Notes under the pieces: generated by a model
The model's input: only the letters and a program-made list of their open reading frames with translations
Databases searched by the model: none
Told to the model about the DNA's origin: nothing
Part shown: piece after piece, positions 17,908 to 26,173 of the stretch
Position numbering within the stretch: position 1 is the stretch's first letter
How the letters are laid out: each line of letters begins with the position of its first letter
From: Chthoniobacterales bacterium
GTDB lineage: Bacteria; Verrucomicrobiota; Verrucomicrobiia; Chthoniobacterales; CAKUMP01
Length of the DNA: 36,022 nucleotides
Direction of reading: 5' to 3'
Assembly: GCA_041748815.1 (NCBI GenBank)
Contig: JBGTCP010000014.1
Coordinates: 1-36,022 of the forward strand
Made by a program: the position numbers and the translations under genes

Positions 17908-19092
17908 ATGCTCTGGGATCTCGTTTTTACCATTTATCACGGCATTATTCTGATGTTCATCATCGGAATCATCATCACCAGCGTGCTGAATACCTTCGTA
18001 TTCAAACACCCGCCGACGAACGTCAGTTTCCCCGCCGTAAAAGTGAGCGTACTTATCCCCGCACGCAACGAGGAACGCAGTATTGAAGCCTGCCTCGCTT
18101 CACTTCTTGCTCAGGATTGTCCGGTCCATGAAATCATCCTGCTCGATGACCGCAGCGAGGACGCAACCCGCGAAATCGCTGAGCGACTGGGATTTTCCAC
18201 CAACCCCGCTGCACCACGCCGCATCATGGAGGGAACTTTGCTTCCCGACGGTTGGACCGGCAAAGCCAACGCCTGCCGCCAACTCGCAAGCCAGGCCACG
18301 GGTGATTACCTGCTCTTTACCGATGCGGATACCGTTCATGAACCTCACTGCGTCCGCGCCACCGTCGCTTATGCGGAATCCACCGGTGCAGATCTCCTCT
18401 CCGCGTGGCCGAGGCAGGAGACGGTCACGTTTGTGGAGCGACTGGTCATTCCGCTGGTGGGTCTTCTGATCTTTGGATTCCTCCCGCAGTGGATTGTGCG
18501 GTTATTGCAAAAATTTCCCGCACTCGTAACACAAGTCCCACCCAAATCCCTCCGATTGCTCGGTGCGGCCAACGGGCAGTTCCTTCTTTTCAAACGCAGC
18601 AGCTATGACGCCATCGGCGGACACGAAGCTGTAAAAGACCACCTCGTTGAAGACGTGGCACTGGGTCGTGCGATCGTTGAGCGCACGGGTCATGGGATGC
18701 GCCTCGTCAACTGCGACGGATCCAGACTGCTCCGCTGCCGCATGTACCAAAGCGCCGCGGAAGTCTGGGAGGGATTTACTAAAAATCTGCGCCCCGCATT
18801 CGAAACCTCCTCCGCGATGTTTTTCTTCTCAGTGCTCACTCAATTTCTCGCCTTCGTGTTACCATGGATTCTACTGCCATTTGCGGGAGATTTCCTTCCG
18901 TGGATCGCAGCGCAAGTCGCACTCGTTTTTGTGCTGCGCATGGCCCTCACCTTCCGCTTCCGAACCGCCTGGGTAAGCGCCGTGCTGCATCCCTTCGCCC
19001 ACAGCTGGGCACTAGCCATCGCCCTCAATAGCTGGTGGCAATGGGGACGCGGCGGAGTGACGTGGAAGGGCCGTTCTTACAAGAAATCGTAG
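17908..19092 (+). CDS. Family 2 glycosyltransferase, CrtQ/CruG/HpnB-like
   Basis: VSVLIPARNEE, DDRSED, PDGWTGKANAC, FTDADT, ANGQF, GGH, EDVALG, RMY, WKGR; N- and C-terminal TMs; start reset to ATG 17908. Confidence 0.88.
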   Translation: MLWDLVFTIYHGIILMFIIGIIITSVLNTFVFKHPPTNVSFPAVKVSVLIPARNEERSIEACLASLLAQDCPVHEIILLDDRSEDATREIAERLGFSTNPAAPRRIMEGTLLPDGWTGKANACRQLASQATGDYLLFTDADTVHEPHCVRATVAYAESTGADLLSAWPRQETVTFVERLVIPLVGLLIFGFLPQWIVRLLQKFPALVTQVPPKSLRLLGAANGQFLLFKRSSYDAIGGHEAVKDHLVEDVALGRAIVERTGHGMRLVNCDGSRLLRCRMYQSAAEVWEGFTKNLRPAFETSSAMFFFSVLTQFLAFVLPWILLPFAGDFLPWIAAQVALVFVLRMALTFRFRTAWVSAVLHPFAHSWALAIALNSWWQWGRGGVTWKGRSYKKS

Positions 19093-19278
19093 TGCCATGG
19101 CACACCGTATTTGGGTGTGACTGAAAGTGGTGCCGACTTTAGGCGGCCTGCTTGTGGTTCCAGAGTGATTCCCAGTTGTCGTTGGAGCGGATGACCCAAC
19201 CTGCCTCACGCGTGCAATGTCCCCAGCTAGCTCCCTGGCACCAGTTTCAATCACACCCGGTTTTGGCAGCACTTCGAT
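19086..19278 (-). ncRNA. Candidate rod-shaped structured RNA (6S-like); a MITE is the alternative
   Basis: 22-bp inverted repeat 19113-19134 / 19237-19258 (20/22; one mismatch is G-U on the minus strand); outer pairs ATCG/CGAT and AGTGC/GCACT; inner nested GTGA/TCAC, CAG/CTG, GTTGG/CCAAC; extended -10 TGtTATGCT upstream on the minus strand (19308-19300). Confidence 0.42.
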
Positions 19279-19354
19279 GGGTGCAGATAGTCGCCTGAGA
19301 GCATAACAATATTCGGCTTGCATGGTAGATCTTTGCGAAAGGGAAAAAAGCGGT

Positions 19355-19617
19355 TCAACCTACAAGGACACGAAGACCACAAGGGTGAAATATTCAAGAC
19401 TCAGTATTTAACTACCGATGCACATCGATAAACACAACGGAGCAAAGCGACACAGCCAGCCAAACTTTGGTTTCTGGTGCTGGCAAATTGAAATTGGTGA
19501 TCAATGAGGTCTAGTCAAAGCTATCATCAGTCTTAGATTTGCATCTGTCAGGTGACATCAGAATTCCTTGCTTTTTTCCGTCTCCCAACTTCGTGATCTC
19601 CGTGCCCTTCGTGTTGA
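19355..19617. repeat. Imperfect inverted-repeat pair of CACGAAG-type units
   Basis: 19355-19384 TCAACCTACAAGGACACGAAGACCACAAGG versus reverse complement of 19589-19617 TCAACACGAAGGGCACGGAGATCACGAAG. Confidence 0.55.
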
Positions 19618-19680
19618 TTCGGACTTCTCACGTTCACATCCCGTAGGGCATGTCGCGAATTAAGCTGGAACCAAAAGCAA

Positions 19681-19709
19681 TTGGCGAATTTACCGATCGC
19701 TGGTAGGGT
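19681..19709 (+). promoter_or_regulatory. Putative sigma70 promoter
   Basis: TTGGCG-N17-TAGGGT with TG extension, 10 nt before ATG 19720. Confidence 0.45.
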
Positions 19710-19719
19710 GTGTTTACCA

Positions 19720-20163
19720 ATGAGTGCTTTATCCCAAATAATCCAAAAAGTCATAGGCGATCACGAGACTTCCACATCCGCGAACCTCATCCCAACGCCC
19801 CAGCCCACGCTGCAGAATAGTCCGCTTGAGGTCTATTCGAGCGACGAAATTCTGCCTTCCATGAGAAATATCTCACGACAGGCCGATGGCGCTCCTGAGC
19901 AACAGGCACCGGATCTCAAGGCGCAGCTCACTGCTTTAGAAAGATCGCGTTCGCAAGATCTGGATTGGAGGCACTCGATGGTCGATTTTCTCCGGCTTTT
20001 AGATGTGGATAGCAGCTTGGAAGCCCGCGAATCGCTTGCCAGGGAGCTGGAGTATCCGGGTGACTTCGATGACGAGGCAGCTCTCGATTCGTGGCTGCAC
20101 CGGCATGTGATGCTCGAGCTATCCAAACGCGGTGCCAATGTCCCCGAGGAATTGCTGGCCTGA
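19720..20163 (+). CDS. DUF3597 domain protein
   Basis: LDWRHSMVDFLRLLDVDSSLEARESLARELEYPGD...WLHRHVM...GANVPEEL matches the family C-terminal signature. Confidence 0.88.
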   Translation: MSALSQIIQKVIGDHETSTSANLIPTPQPTLQNSPLEVYSSDEILPSMRNISRQADGAPEQQAPDLKAQLTALERSRSQDLDWRHSMVDFLRLLDVDSSLEARESLARELEYPGDFDDEAALDSWLHRHVMLELSKRGANVPEELLA

Positions 20164-20241
20164 TGGTGTCAGTACGGCGGAGGCGATTTTAAGAAAAGCC
20201 CTGATAATGTCCGCGCATGAGGGACGTTCGGAACCTCTTCG

Positions 20242-20464
20242 CAGATCGCAGTCCACATCCGCAGCCCCCTGCGATCCCGCAGTCGCCGGATTGCAGCTAC
20301 AAAGAGTTCCATTTTTCCTGTCCGCTGAGTAGCTGCGATCTCCAGATCGCAGTCCACGCCCGCTGCCTACTGCGATCCCGCAGTCGCGGGATCGCAGCCA
20401 CAAAGAGTTCCATTTTTCCTGACCGCTGAGTAGCTGCGATCTCCAGATCGCAGTCCACATCCGC
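20242..20464. repeat. REP-like (GTAG family) tandem array, 101-bp period, about 2.2 units
   Basis: CAGATCGCAGTCCAC at 20242, 20343, 20444; GTAG+palindrome GTAGCTGCGATCTCCAGATCGCAG at 20329 and 20430; opposed palindrome+CTAC/CCAC at 20269-20300 and 20370-20401. Confidence 0.85.
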
Positions 20465-20489
20465 CGCATTTATGTCGCCGCAATTTAGT

Positions 20490-20518
20490 TTGCAGCAGTT
20501 TGAGAGCGCCGCTAGGGT
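20490..20518 (+). promoter_or_regulatory. Putative sigma70 promoter
   Basis: TTGCAG-N17-TAGGGT-N9-ATG. Confidence 0.45.
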
Positions 20519-20527
20519 TTGCGGCTC

Positions 20528-21748
20528 ATGTTATTTAAAGAATTAGGACTTTCCGATGCGGTACTCGAGGGTGTGACAGCCATGGGCTACTCCGAGCCCA
20601 CCGCGATTCAGCTGCGTTCCATCCCAGCCATCCTCGATGGTACAGATCTCATCGGCAGCGCACAGACAGGCACTGGCAAAACCGCAGCCTTCGCTCTTCC
20701 GATCCTCAGCAAACTTGGCGCTCACGGCGGTCTGCGCTGCCTCATCCTTGAGCCGACGCGCGAGCTCGCAGCCCAGGTCGACACCGCGTGTCGCGATTAT
20801 GCGCGATTCACGGACCTCAAGGTGGGAGTGGTTTATGGAGGTGTTGGCTATGGCAAACAACGCGAGGATTTGGAAGCCGGTATCGACGTACTCGCTGCCA
20901 CTCCGGGCCGGCTTTTGGATCACATCAGTCAGGGTGCTATTGATCTGAGCACCATCGAATATCTCGTTCTCGATGAAATGGACCGCATGCTCGACATGGG
21001 ATTCCTGCCCGACGTGCGGCGCATCGTCGAGCATTGCACCCGGAAGGGCCGTCAAACGATGCTCTTCTCGGCCACCATGCCACCGCAGATTGAAACGATG
21101 ACGGCGTGGGTGCTGAAGGATCCGGCCGTCATCGAGATCGGCATGCGTCAATCCCCCGCCGAGAGTGTTACTCATGCGCTCTACCCTGTCTCGCGGGATC
21201 AGAAATTTGATCTTCTGCAGGTGCTACTCGAGCGCTCGAACTACGACAGTGTGCTCGTTTTTTCACGCACCAAACATGGCGCCGATCACATTGCAAAGGA
21301 GCTCAACAAACTCAAACACGCAGTCGTTGTTCTTCACTCGAATCGGACACAAAACGAACGCATCGAGGCATTGGACGGGTTTAAAGCCGGCCGCTACGAA
21401 GTAATGGTGGCGACTGATATCGCATCGCGCGGCTTGGACATCGCAGGCGTCACGCATGTCGTGAACTTCGACGTTCCCCAACATCCCGAAGATTATGTGC
21501 ACCGCATCGGGCGCACCGGACGGGCCCAGGCCGTGGGCGAGGCATACACTTTGTACACCGCGGAGGAAGTCACACACATCCAGGCGATCGAGCGATTCAT
21601 CGGAGCGAAGATTCCGCGCATAAAGATCGAAGGGTTTAATTATATTTACACGGCGTTGTTTCAGGAAGAGGACCGGATCGCCCGCATCGGCAGCGGAGTG
21701 CGCAGTGGAAAAGGCACTTCTTTCGGCATTAAAAAACGCAGAAGATAA
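20528..21748 (+). CDS. DEAD-box RNA helicase, RhlE-like
   Basis: Q motif PTAIQ, AQTGTGKT, PTRELA, TPGRL, DEMD, SAT, SRGLD, YVHRIGRTGRA; basic tail. Confidence 0.95.
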   Translation: MLFKELGLSDAVLEGVTAMGYSEPTAIQLRSIPAILDGTDLIGSAQTGTGKTAAFALPILSKLGAHGGLRCLILEPTRELAAQVDTACRDYARFTDLKVGVVYGGVGYGKQREDLEAGIDVLAATPGRLLDHISQGAIDLSTIEYLVLDEMDRMLDMGFLPDVRRIVEHCTRKGRQTMLFSATMPPQIETMTAWVLKDPAVIEIGMRQSPAESVTHALYPVSRDQKFDLLQVLLERSNYDSVLVFSRTKHGADHIAKELNKLKHAVVVLHSNRTQNERIEALDGFKAGRYEVMVATDIASRGLDIAGVTHVVNFDVPQHPEDYVHRIGRTGRAQAVGEAYTLYTAEEVTHIQAIERFIGAKIPRIKIEGFNYIYTALFQEEDRIARIGSGVRSGKGTSFGIKKRRR

Positions 21749-21838
21749 TCTCGATCCCCGCCTTGCAATGGGGAGGATTGCAATGAAAGTCCTGCACATG
21801 AAATTGACCCAATTCAGTCCAGATTCAGCGCAATAGGC

Positions 21839-22852
21839 ATGGGAGAGTTTTCGTTTTATTTTCAGGACTTCGCGTTTTCATTCCTGAGCATTCTGCTTGA
21901 GGGCATCCCCTTCATTCTGATGGGGACTTTGCTCTCCGGCGTGATTGATGCGTTCCTTCCTGCGAAAGTGATGACACGCCTGCTGCCCCGTAATCCGGCA
22001 GCGGCCATCTTTCTAAGTGGTTTGTTGGGAATCATTTTCCCAATGTGCGAATGCGGCATCGTGCCGGTGATCCGACGGCTGATCCAAAAGGGCCTGCCTG
22101 TTTCTTGCGGTATTACTTACATGCTGGCTGCACCGATCGTGAATCCCGTGGTGGCGATCAGCACGTTTGCCGCATTCCGCGGACAAGATCCGGTTTATAT
22201 GACTTCGATGCGGCTCATGATTGGATTTGGCGTGGCTGTCCTGATCGGGTTCATTCTCGACCGGGTGCCGGTTGGACGCATTCTTAAAAAATCCGTTCTC
22301 AGCGCTGTGACACGGCAGGCTGAGGCCCGGGCGAAAGCGGACAGCGACGAGGCACAGGCTCGCAAGCACCATGATGAGCATCATCACGATCAGGATGCAC
22401 ATTCCCACGCAGCGCCAGAGCCTTATTCCCCATCTCATACGCCTTTCCGTCAGAAGGTGGGAATTGCGGTGTCTGTGGCGTGCAAAGATTTTCTGGATGT
22501 CACGATGTTCCTTGTGATCGGTGCGGGCATCACGGCCATCTTCAATACGGCGGTCGATCAATCGCTCATCCTGCCATTGGCGCGGGAGCCGGTGTTGGCA
22601 TCGGCGACGATGATGACCCTGGCGGGCATTCTATCGTTGTGTAGCACGTCTGATGCGTTTATCGCAGCCACGCTTGTGGCATTCTCCAGCAGCGCCAAGC
22701 TGGCCTTTTTGGTCTTCGGGCCGATGATGGATATGAAATTGCTCTTTCTTTATGCAGTGGTTTTCCGAAAACGTTTTGTACTCGGGCTTGGCGTCGGACT
22801 TTTTGTGCTGATCGGGCTCATCACCTCGCGTCTCGACGTGATGAATCTGTGA
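21839..22852 (+). CDS. Permease, DUF318/YcgR-like, with His-rich loop
   Basis: LEGIPF, FPMCECGIVP, AAPIVNP, LSLCSTSDAFIA, AFLVFGPMMDMK; loop RKHHDEHHHDQDAHSH. Confidence 0.9.
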   Translation: MGEFSFYFQDFAFSFLSILLEGIPFILMGTLLSGVIDAFLPAKVMTRLLPRNPAAAIFLSGLLGIIFPMCECGIVPVIRRLIQKGLPVSCGITYMLAAPIVNPVVAISTFAAFRGQDPVYMTSMRLMIGFGVAVLIGFILDRVPVGRILKKSVLSAVTRQAEARAKADSDEAQARKHHDEHHHDQDAHSHAAPEPYSPSHTPFRQKVGIAVSVACKDFLDVTMFLVIGAGITAIFNTAVDQSLILPLAREPVLASATMMTLAGILSLCSTSDAFIAATLVAFSSSAKLAFLVFGPMMDMKLLFLYAVVFRKRFVLGLGVGLFVLIGLITSRLDVMNL

Positions 22853-22864
22853 TAAGAATGGCGG

Positions 22865-22893
22865 TTGTCGCGTCGCGCTTCCATGCCTAGACT
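22865..22893 (+). promoter_or_regulatory. Putative sigma70 promoter, leaderless geometry
   Basis: TTGTCG-N17-TAGACT-N7-ATG (22901). Confidence 0.55.
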
Positions 22894-22900
22894 ACAAGCC

Positions 22901-24418
22901 ATGAGCGAGGAACTACCACGCATTGAGGCTGTGCTGGAGCGCACCAGTATGCGGCTGGGTGCGCGGGCCGCAATCGTGGGAGCATGGCGGGCAGCCGTTC
23001 TGATGAGCGCCTTTTCGCTGGTGGCCGCCGTAGTCCAACGCCTCTCGGGCAATGCGATCTCCTGGCTCCCTCTCATTGGTTTTTCACTCTTCTGCACTTT
23101 CCTTTGGGCACTGTTGCAATGGGCAACGCGCAGGCCGGGCCCGTTGGTTACGGCAGCGTGGATTGATGCAATGACGGGCAACCATGATCGCGTAGCCACC
23201 GCACACGGCCTTGCCAAACAACCGGGACTCAGCCATGTGCAATCCCTGGCACTCAAGGATTGCATGGGTTGGCTGGAAAAATTTCAGCCACGGCAACTCG
23301 CGCCGCTTCAAGCTCCGCGCGGATTCTCATGGCTGATGGCGCCCTGGATTTCCATTTTCCTGCTGGTGCTCACGGCCAGCCCGCCAACCTCCATTCCGCC
23401 GCCGGGCGATGACGCAGCACTTGCCCAGCATGCCGATGCACTCAACGATGTCGCAAAGCTTAGTGACTCGCCAGAAATCCAAGCTGCTCTGGATGAAGCT
23501 GCGGATCAGATCCGCTCAGCAGATGCCGATGAGCGACAACGCGAAATCCTGAAACAACTCGGACGGCTAGAAGACCAGCTCCGCGATGCTCAAGAATCCG
23601 GTTTATCCGAGGCTTCGCTCAACGCCCTTGCGGAAGCCCTGGGAGATCAGCGGAGGCAGGAACTTTTTCAGCAGGCCATTTCAGAAAAACTTCAGCAAAC
23701 CGAAATATCCAAAGCGCTTGAGGAGCTACTCAAAGCGCTCACGCCGGAGCAAAAACAGGCACTTCAAGAATTAGCCGATGCCGCCGCGAGCAAAGGTTCA
23801 CAGCTGTCGCAGGAAGAACAGGAATCCGTCCTCGAACAAATGGAGCAAGCACTTGAGCGGAGTGAGCAGATGGCAGCCATTCGTGAGGCCCTGCGCGAAC
23901 TTGCGCAGCAACTTCAACAGTCCGCTGACAATCGCCCGCGCACCACTGCCAGCAATCCCTCCCCTCCTCCGACCCTCGAGCAGTTATTACAAATGCTTGA
24001 GCGCATGAAACAAGCTGCCCGTGATGGTGAGGCGCCGGATCAGTTTGGACAGCCTCAACCAGGCGACGCGCCGCAGGATGGTGAAGGCACCGTTCAGCTC
24101 TCCATGGGGGGCGAAGGCACCGGTCAGCCCGCAGAGGATGGTAGCGCCGGTGCCACTCCCGGCGCAGATGCCAACGCAGAATTGTTTGCTGACGAAGGAC
24201 CAGCAGAGCGTGTGACGGGCGAAATCGGAGATGGCGAGATCGCCCGCGAGACGCTTGCATCCTCAGCCGCAGGTGATCGCGCACGACGCGATATTTTGAC
24301 AAACATGGAAGCAGTTCCGTCCGATGAACAGGCAGCTCAGATCCCCGAGACCATCCCGCTCGGGTCAAAACGCATGATCCAGCGTTACTTCGAAATATTG
24401 CGCGGCATCGACGAGTAG
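22901..24418 (+). CDS. Membrane-anchored coiled-coil protein of the MoxR/VWA-operon type
   Basis: Three N-terminal TMs with AAWIDAMTGNHDRVATA, Q/E/A-rich helices, G/D/P-rich linker, C-terminal IPLGSKRMIQRYFEILR. Confidence 0.75.
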   Translation: MSEELPRIEAVLERTSMRLGARAAIVGAWRAAVLMSAFSLVAAVVQRLSGNAISWLPLIGFSLFCTFLWALLQWATRRPGPLVTAAWIDAMTGNHDRVATAHGLAKQPGLSHVQSLALKDCMGWLEKFQPRQLAPLQAPRGFSWLMAPWISIFLLVLTASPPTSIPPPGDDAALAQHADALNDVAKLSDSPEIQAALDEAADQIRSADADERQREILKQLGRLEDQLRDAQESGLSEASLNALAEALGDQRRQELFQQAISEKLQQTEISKALEELLKALTPEQKQALQELADAAASKGSQLSQEEQESVLEQMEQALERSEQMAAIREALRELAQQLQQSADNRPRTTASNPSPPPTLEQLLQMLERMKQAARDGEAPDQFGQPQPGDAPQDGEGTVQLSMGGEGTGQPAEDGSAGATPGADANAELFADEGPAERVTGEIGDGEIARETLASSAAGDRARRDILTNMEAVPSDEQAAQIPETIPLGSKRMIQRYFEILRGIDE

Positions 24419-24420
24419 AA

Positions 24421-24449
24421 TTGCATTTTCTTCGCAAAGGTGGCATAAT
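24421..24449 (+). promoter_or_regulatory. Putative sigma70 promoter, leaderless geometry
   Basis: TTGCAT-N17-CATAAT with TG extension, N6, then ATG 24456; no Shine-Dalgarno. Confidence 0.65.
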
Positions 24450-24455
24450 GGAAAT

Positions 24456-25034
24456 ATGAAAATTTTCCTCCTCCCGGTTTGTTTTGTCATGATCACGTCC
24501 GTTGCATTTGGACAATCCACTTCAGAGCTCCTCGCGGATGGCTTGCGCCTGATGAAGACGGGCGACAACGCAGCCGCGAAAGCGAAATTCGAAGAGGTGC
24601 TCAGGGTGGAACCTCAACACCCGCGCGCACGCTTTTTTATTCGTCAGATCGAGACCGCCAAGGCGGATGTTGACACGGGGTCGTTACGCAGGCAGCTCGA
24701 TCAACTCACCGTGCCAGAGGTCAACTTCCGGGATGCATCGCTTGGCAGCGCACTGGAATTTTTGAAACAAATGGCTAAGCAACAGATCGATCTGGATGTG
24801 AACTTTGTGCCCGCTGTCCCCGCCGAGGTAATGGAAAAGCAGAATATTACCCTCAGTCTCAAGCAAATCCCCTTCATGGAAATGCTTCGTTACATTGGCG
24901 GGCTGGCTGACGTGAGTTTCACCGTGGATCAACATGCTGTGATTGTGCGCCCGGCCTCCAGTTCGGAAGCGCCATCATCGCCGGCCGCCGCGCCTGACGA
25001 ATCGCTTCAGCCAACTTCCGGGACGCTTGAGTAG
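24456..25034 (+). CDS. Exported protein: TPR repeat + secretin N-terminal (STN/N0-like) domain
   Basis: Signal peptide ending AFG; TPR AKAKFEEVLRVEPQHPRA; VPEVNFRDASLGSALEFL...ITLSLKQIPFMEML...VDQHAVIV. Confidence 0.7.
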   Translation: MKIFLLPVCFVMITSVAFGQSTSELLADGLRLMKTGDNAAAKAKFEEVLRVEPQHPRARFFIRQIETAKADVDTGSLRRQLDQLTVPEVNFRDASLGSALEFLKQMAKQQIDLDVNFVPAVPAEVMEKQNITLSLKQIPFMEMLRYIGGLADVSFTVDQHAVIVRPASSSEAPSSPAAAPDESLQPTSGTLE

Positions 25035-25104
25035 CACGGTTGCTCAAAAGGTTGCTGTCATCACAGGTGGGACGGGGACTCCCGCTCCAACTTACAGGAT
25101 CTGG

Positions 25105-26055
25105 TCACTCTGGTAGGACCGCAGGTGGCGTGATGATCTGGACCTCTGTGGCAACGGGATCTGGAGCTGGAGCTGCCCGCATGGCTTCGACCCGCTGCTT
25201 CAACTGATCTGCCCAGGCATTGAATGAGGAGTGCTGGGGATTGTCGCGTATGATTTCAAACATAGCGCTTACACCTTCGGAAGCTCTGTCGATATGAAAT
25301 AACTCCTCGGCCCTGCGCATTTGCAACGTAGGCAGAGTTTCGTCCTTGAACCGCTGCTGCGCAAAGGCGCCACCGAGGAGAGAATTTGCGCTTTCTCTCT
25401 GAATGCGTTGGTCCCAATAATTCAGCACTCGCGCATCGCCCGCTTTACGCATTGCAGGAAGGATATTTTTTTCAAAGATCCCGTTGGCATTTCCCGGATT
25501 CATTTCCCAGTCCTGAAGTCCGTTGAACCAGGCTTGAAGGCCGTATCTACGAACAAACACGCTCTTGGCCAGCTCCTCTGCCAGCATGTCTTTGTGATTC
25601 CGCAGCGCCTTGTGGGAATCCTCTTGAAGCTCGGTCGCGTGAGCAACCAAGGGAGTGAGAAGCACATCCAATTCAGCGCCGTTGGCCCTGCTGATGGTGA
25701 GAAGGAGGTAGTTCAGGTGCAGCTGGACAGCACGTTGGAAGGTTTTATCCCGCAGTCTGTCCGTATTTTTTTCCTGCCATTCGCGATACTTCGTAGATTC
25801 CCTGTCCTGGCCCGCGAAATCCAATTCACGAATCGTTTGCTGATAAAAGTCCACCGCTGAAGCTCCATTTGCCGCCGCATCGCTCAGCGCCCGTATAGCG
25901 TTATCCCGCACTCCAGTCATCCGTTGCTCCCGCTCATCCCGCAAAGTTTCAAGTTCACGCAAAAGCTGGTCGGGCTCGACAGGTAATTGACCGTGGGCGT
26001 GGGGGATGAAAAGAGACAATGCGGCGATCAGCAACAGGGGGCGTAAACGAATCAT
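25105..26055 (-). CDS. Hypothetical exported helical protein
   Basis: Signal peptide MIRLRPLLLIAALSLFIPHAHG; long open frame; start reset to ATG 26055. Confidence 0.75.
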   Translation of the reverse strand: MIRLRPLLLIAALSLFIPHAHGQLPVEPDQLLRELETLRDEREQRMTGVRDNAIRALSDAAANGASAVDFYQQTIRELDFAGQDRESTKYREWQEKNTDRLRDKTFQRAVQLHLNYLLLTISRANGAELDVLLTPLVAHATELQEDSHKALRNHKDMLAEELAKSVFVRRYGLQAWFNGLQDWEMNPGNANGIFEKNILPAMRKAGDARVLNYWDQRIQRESANSLLGGAFAQQRFKDETLPTLQMRRAEELFHIDRASEGVSAMFEIIRDNPQHSSFNAWADQLKQRVEAMRAAPAPDPVATEVQIITPPAVLPE

Positions 26056-26061
26056 GCCCGC

Positions 26062-26089
26062 ATCATATTCAAGCATTATCGAGATGCAA
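26062..26089 (-). promoter_or_regulatory. Putative sigma70 promoter, leaderless geometry
   Basis: TTGCAT-N16-TATGAT-N6-ATG on the minus strand. Confidence 0.55.
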
Positions 26090-26173
26090 CCCATGATCAC
26101 AGAAGCCGGAATAAACAGGTTCGCCATGGTTCCCGGACGTTGCTGCGGTGGCCCGGAGGTCCTTAATTCCGCG

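Noticed and set aside
17647-18009. Overlapping N-terminal extensions of msrA and the GT2 gene
   Set aside because: Artefact of longest-ORF calling; family similarity begins at 17811 and 17908, leaving a normal 96-bp divergent gap.
19012-19323. 103-aa minus-strand ORF over the RNA candidate
   Set aside because: No motifs, overlaps the GT2 3' end, and the region is better explained by base-pairing.
20242-20464. Possible CRISPR array
   Set aside because: The intervening segments are near-identical rather than unique spacers, the period is 101 bp, and there are no cas genes.
25067-25091. GTGGGACGGGGACTCCCGCTCCAAC hairpin between convergent genes
   Set aside because: Short, bulged, single copy and without a U-tract; too weak to call as a REP or terminator.
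26100-26173. Possible SRP RNA or ribozyme downstream of tadA
   Set aside because: No SRP domain IV (GGAA tetraloop with AGCAG) and no convincing ribozyme pairing.
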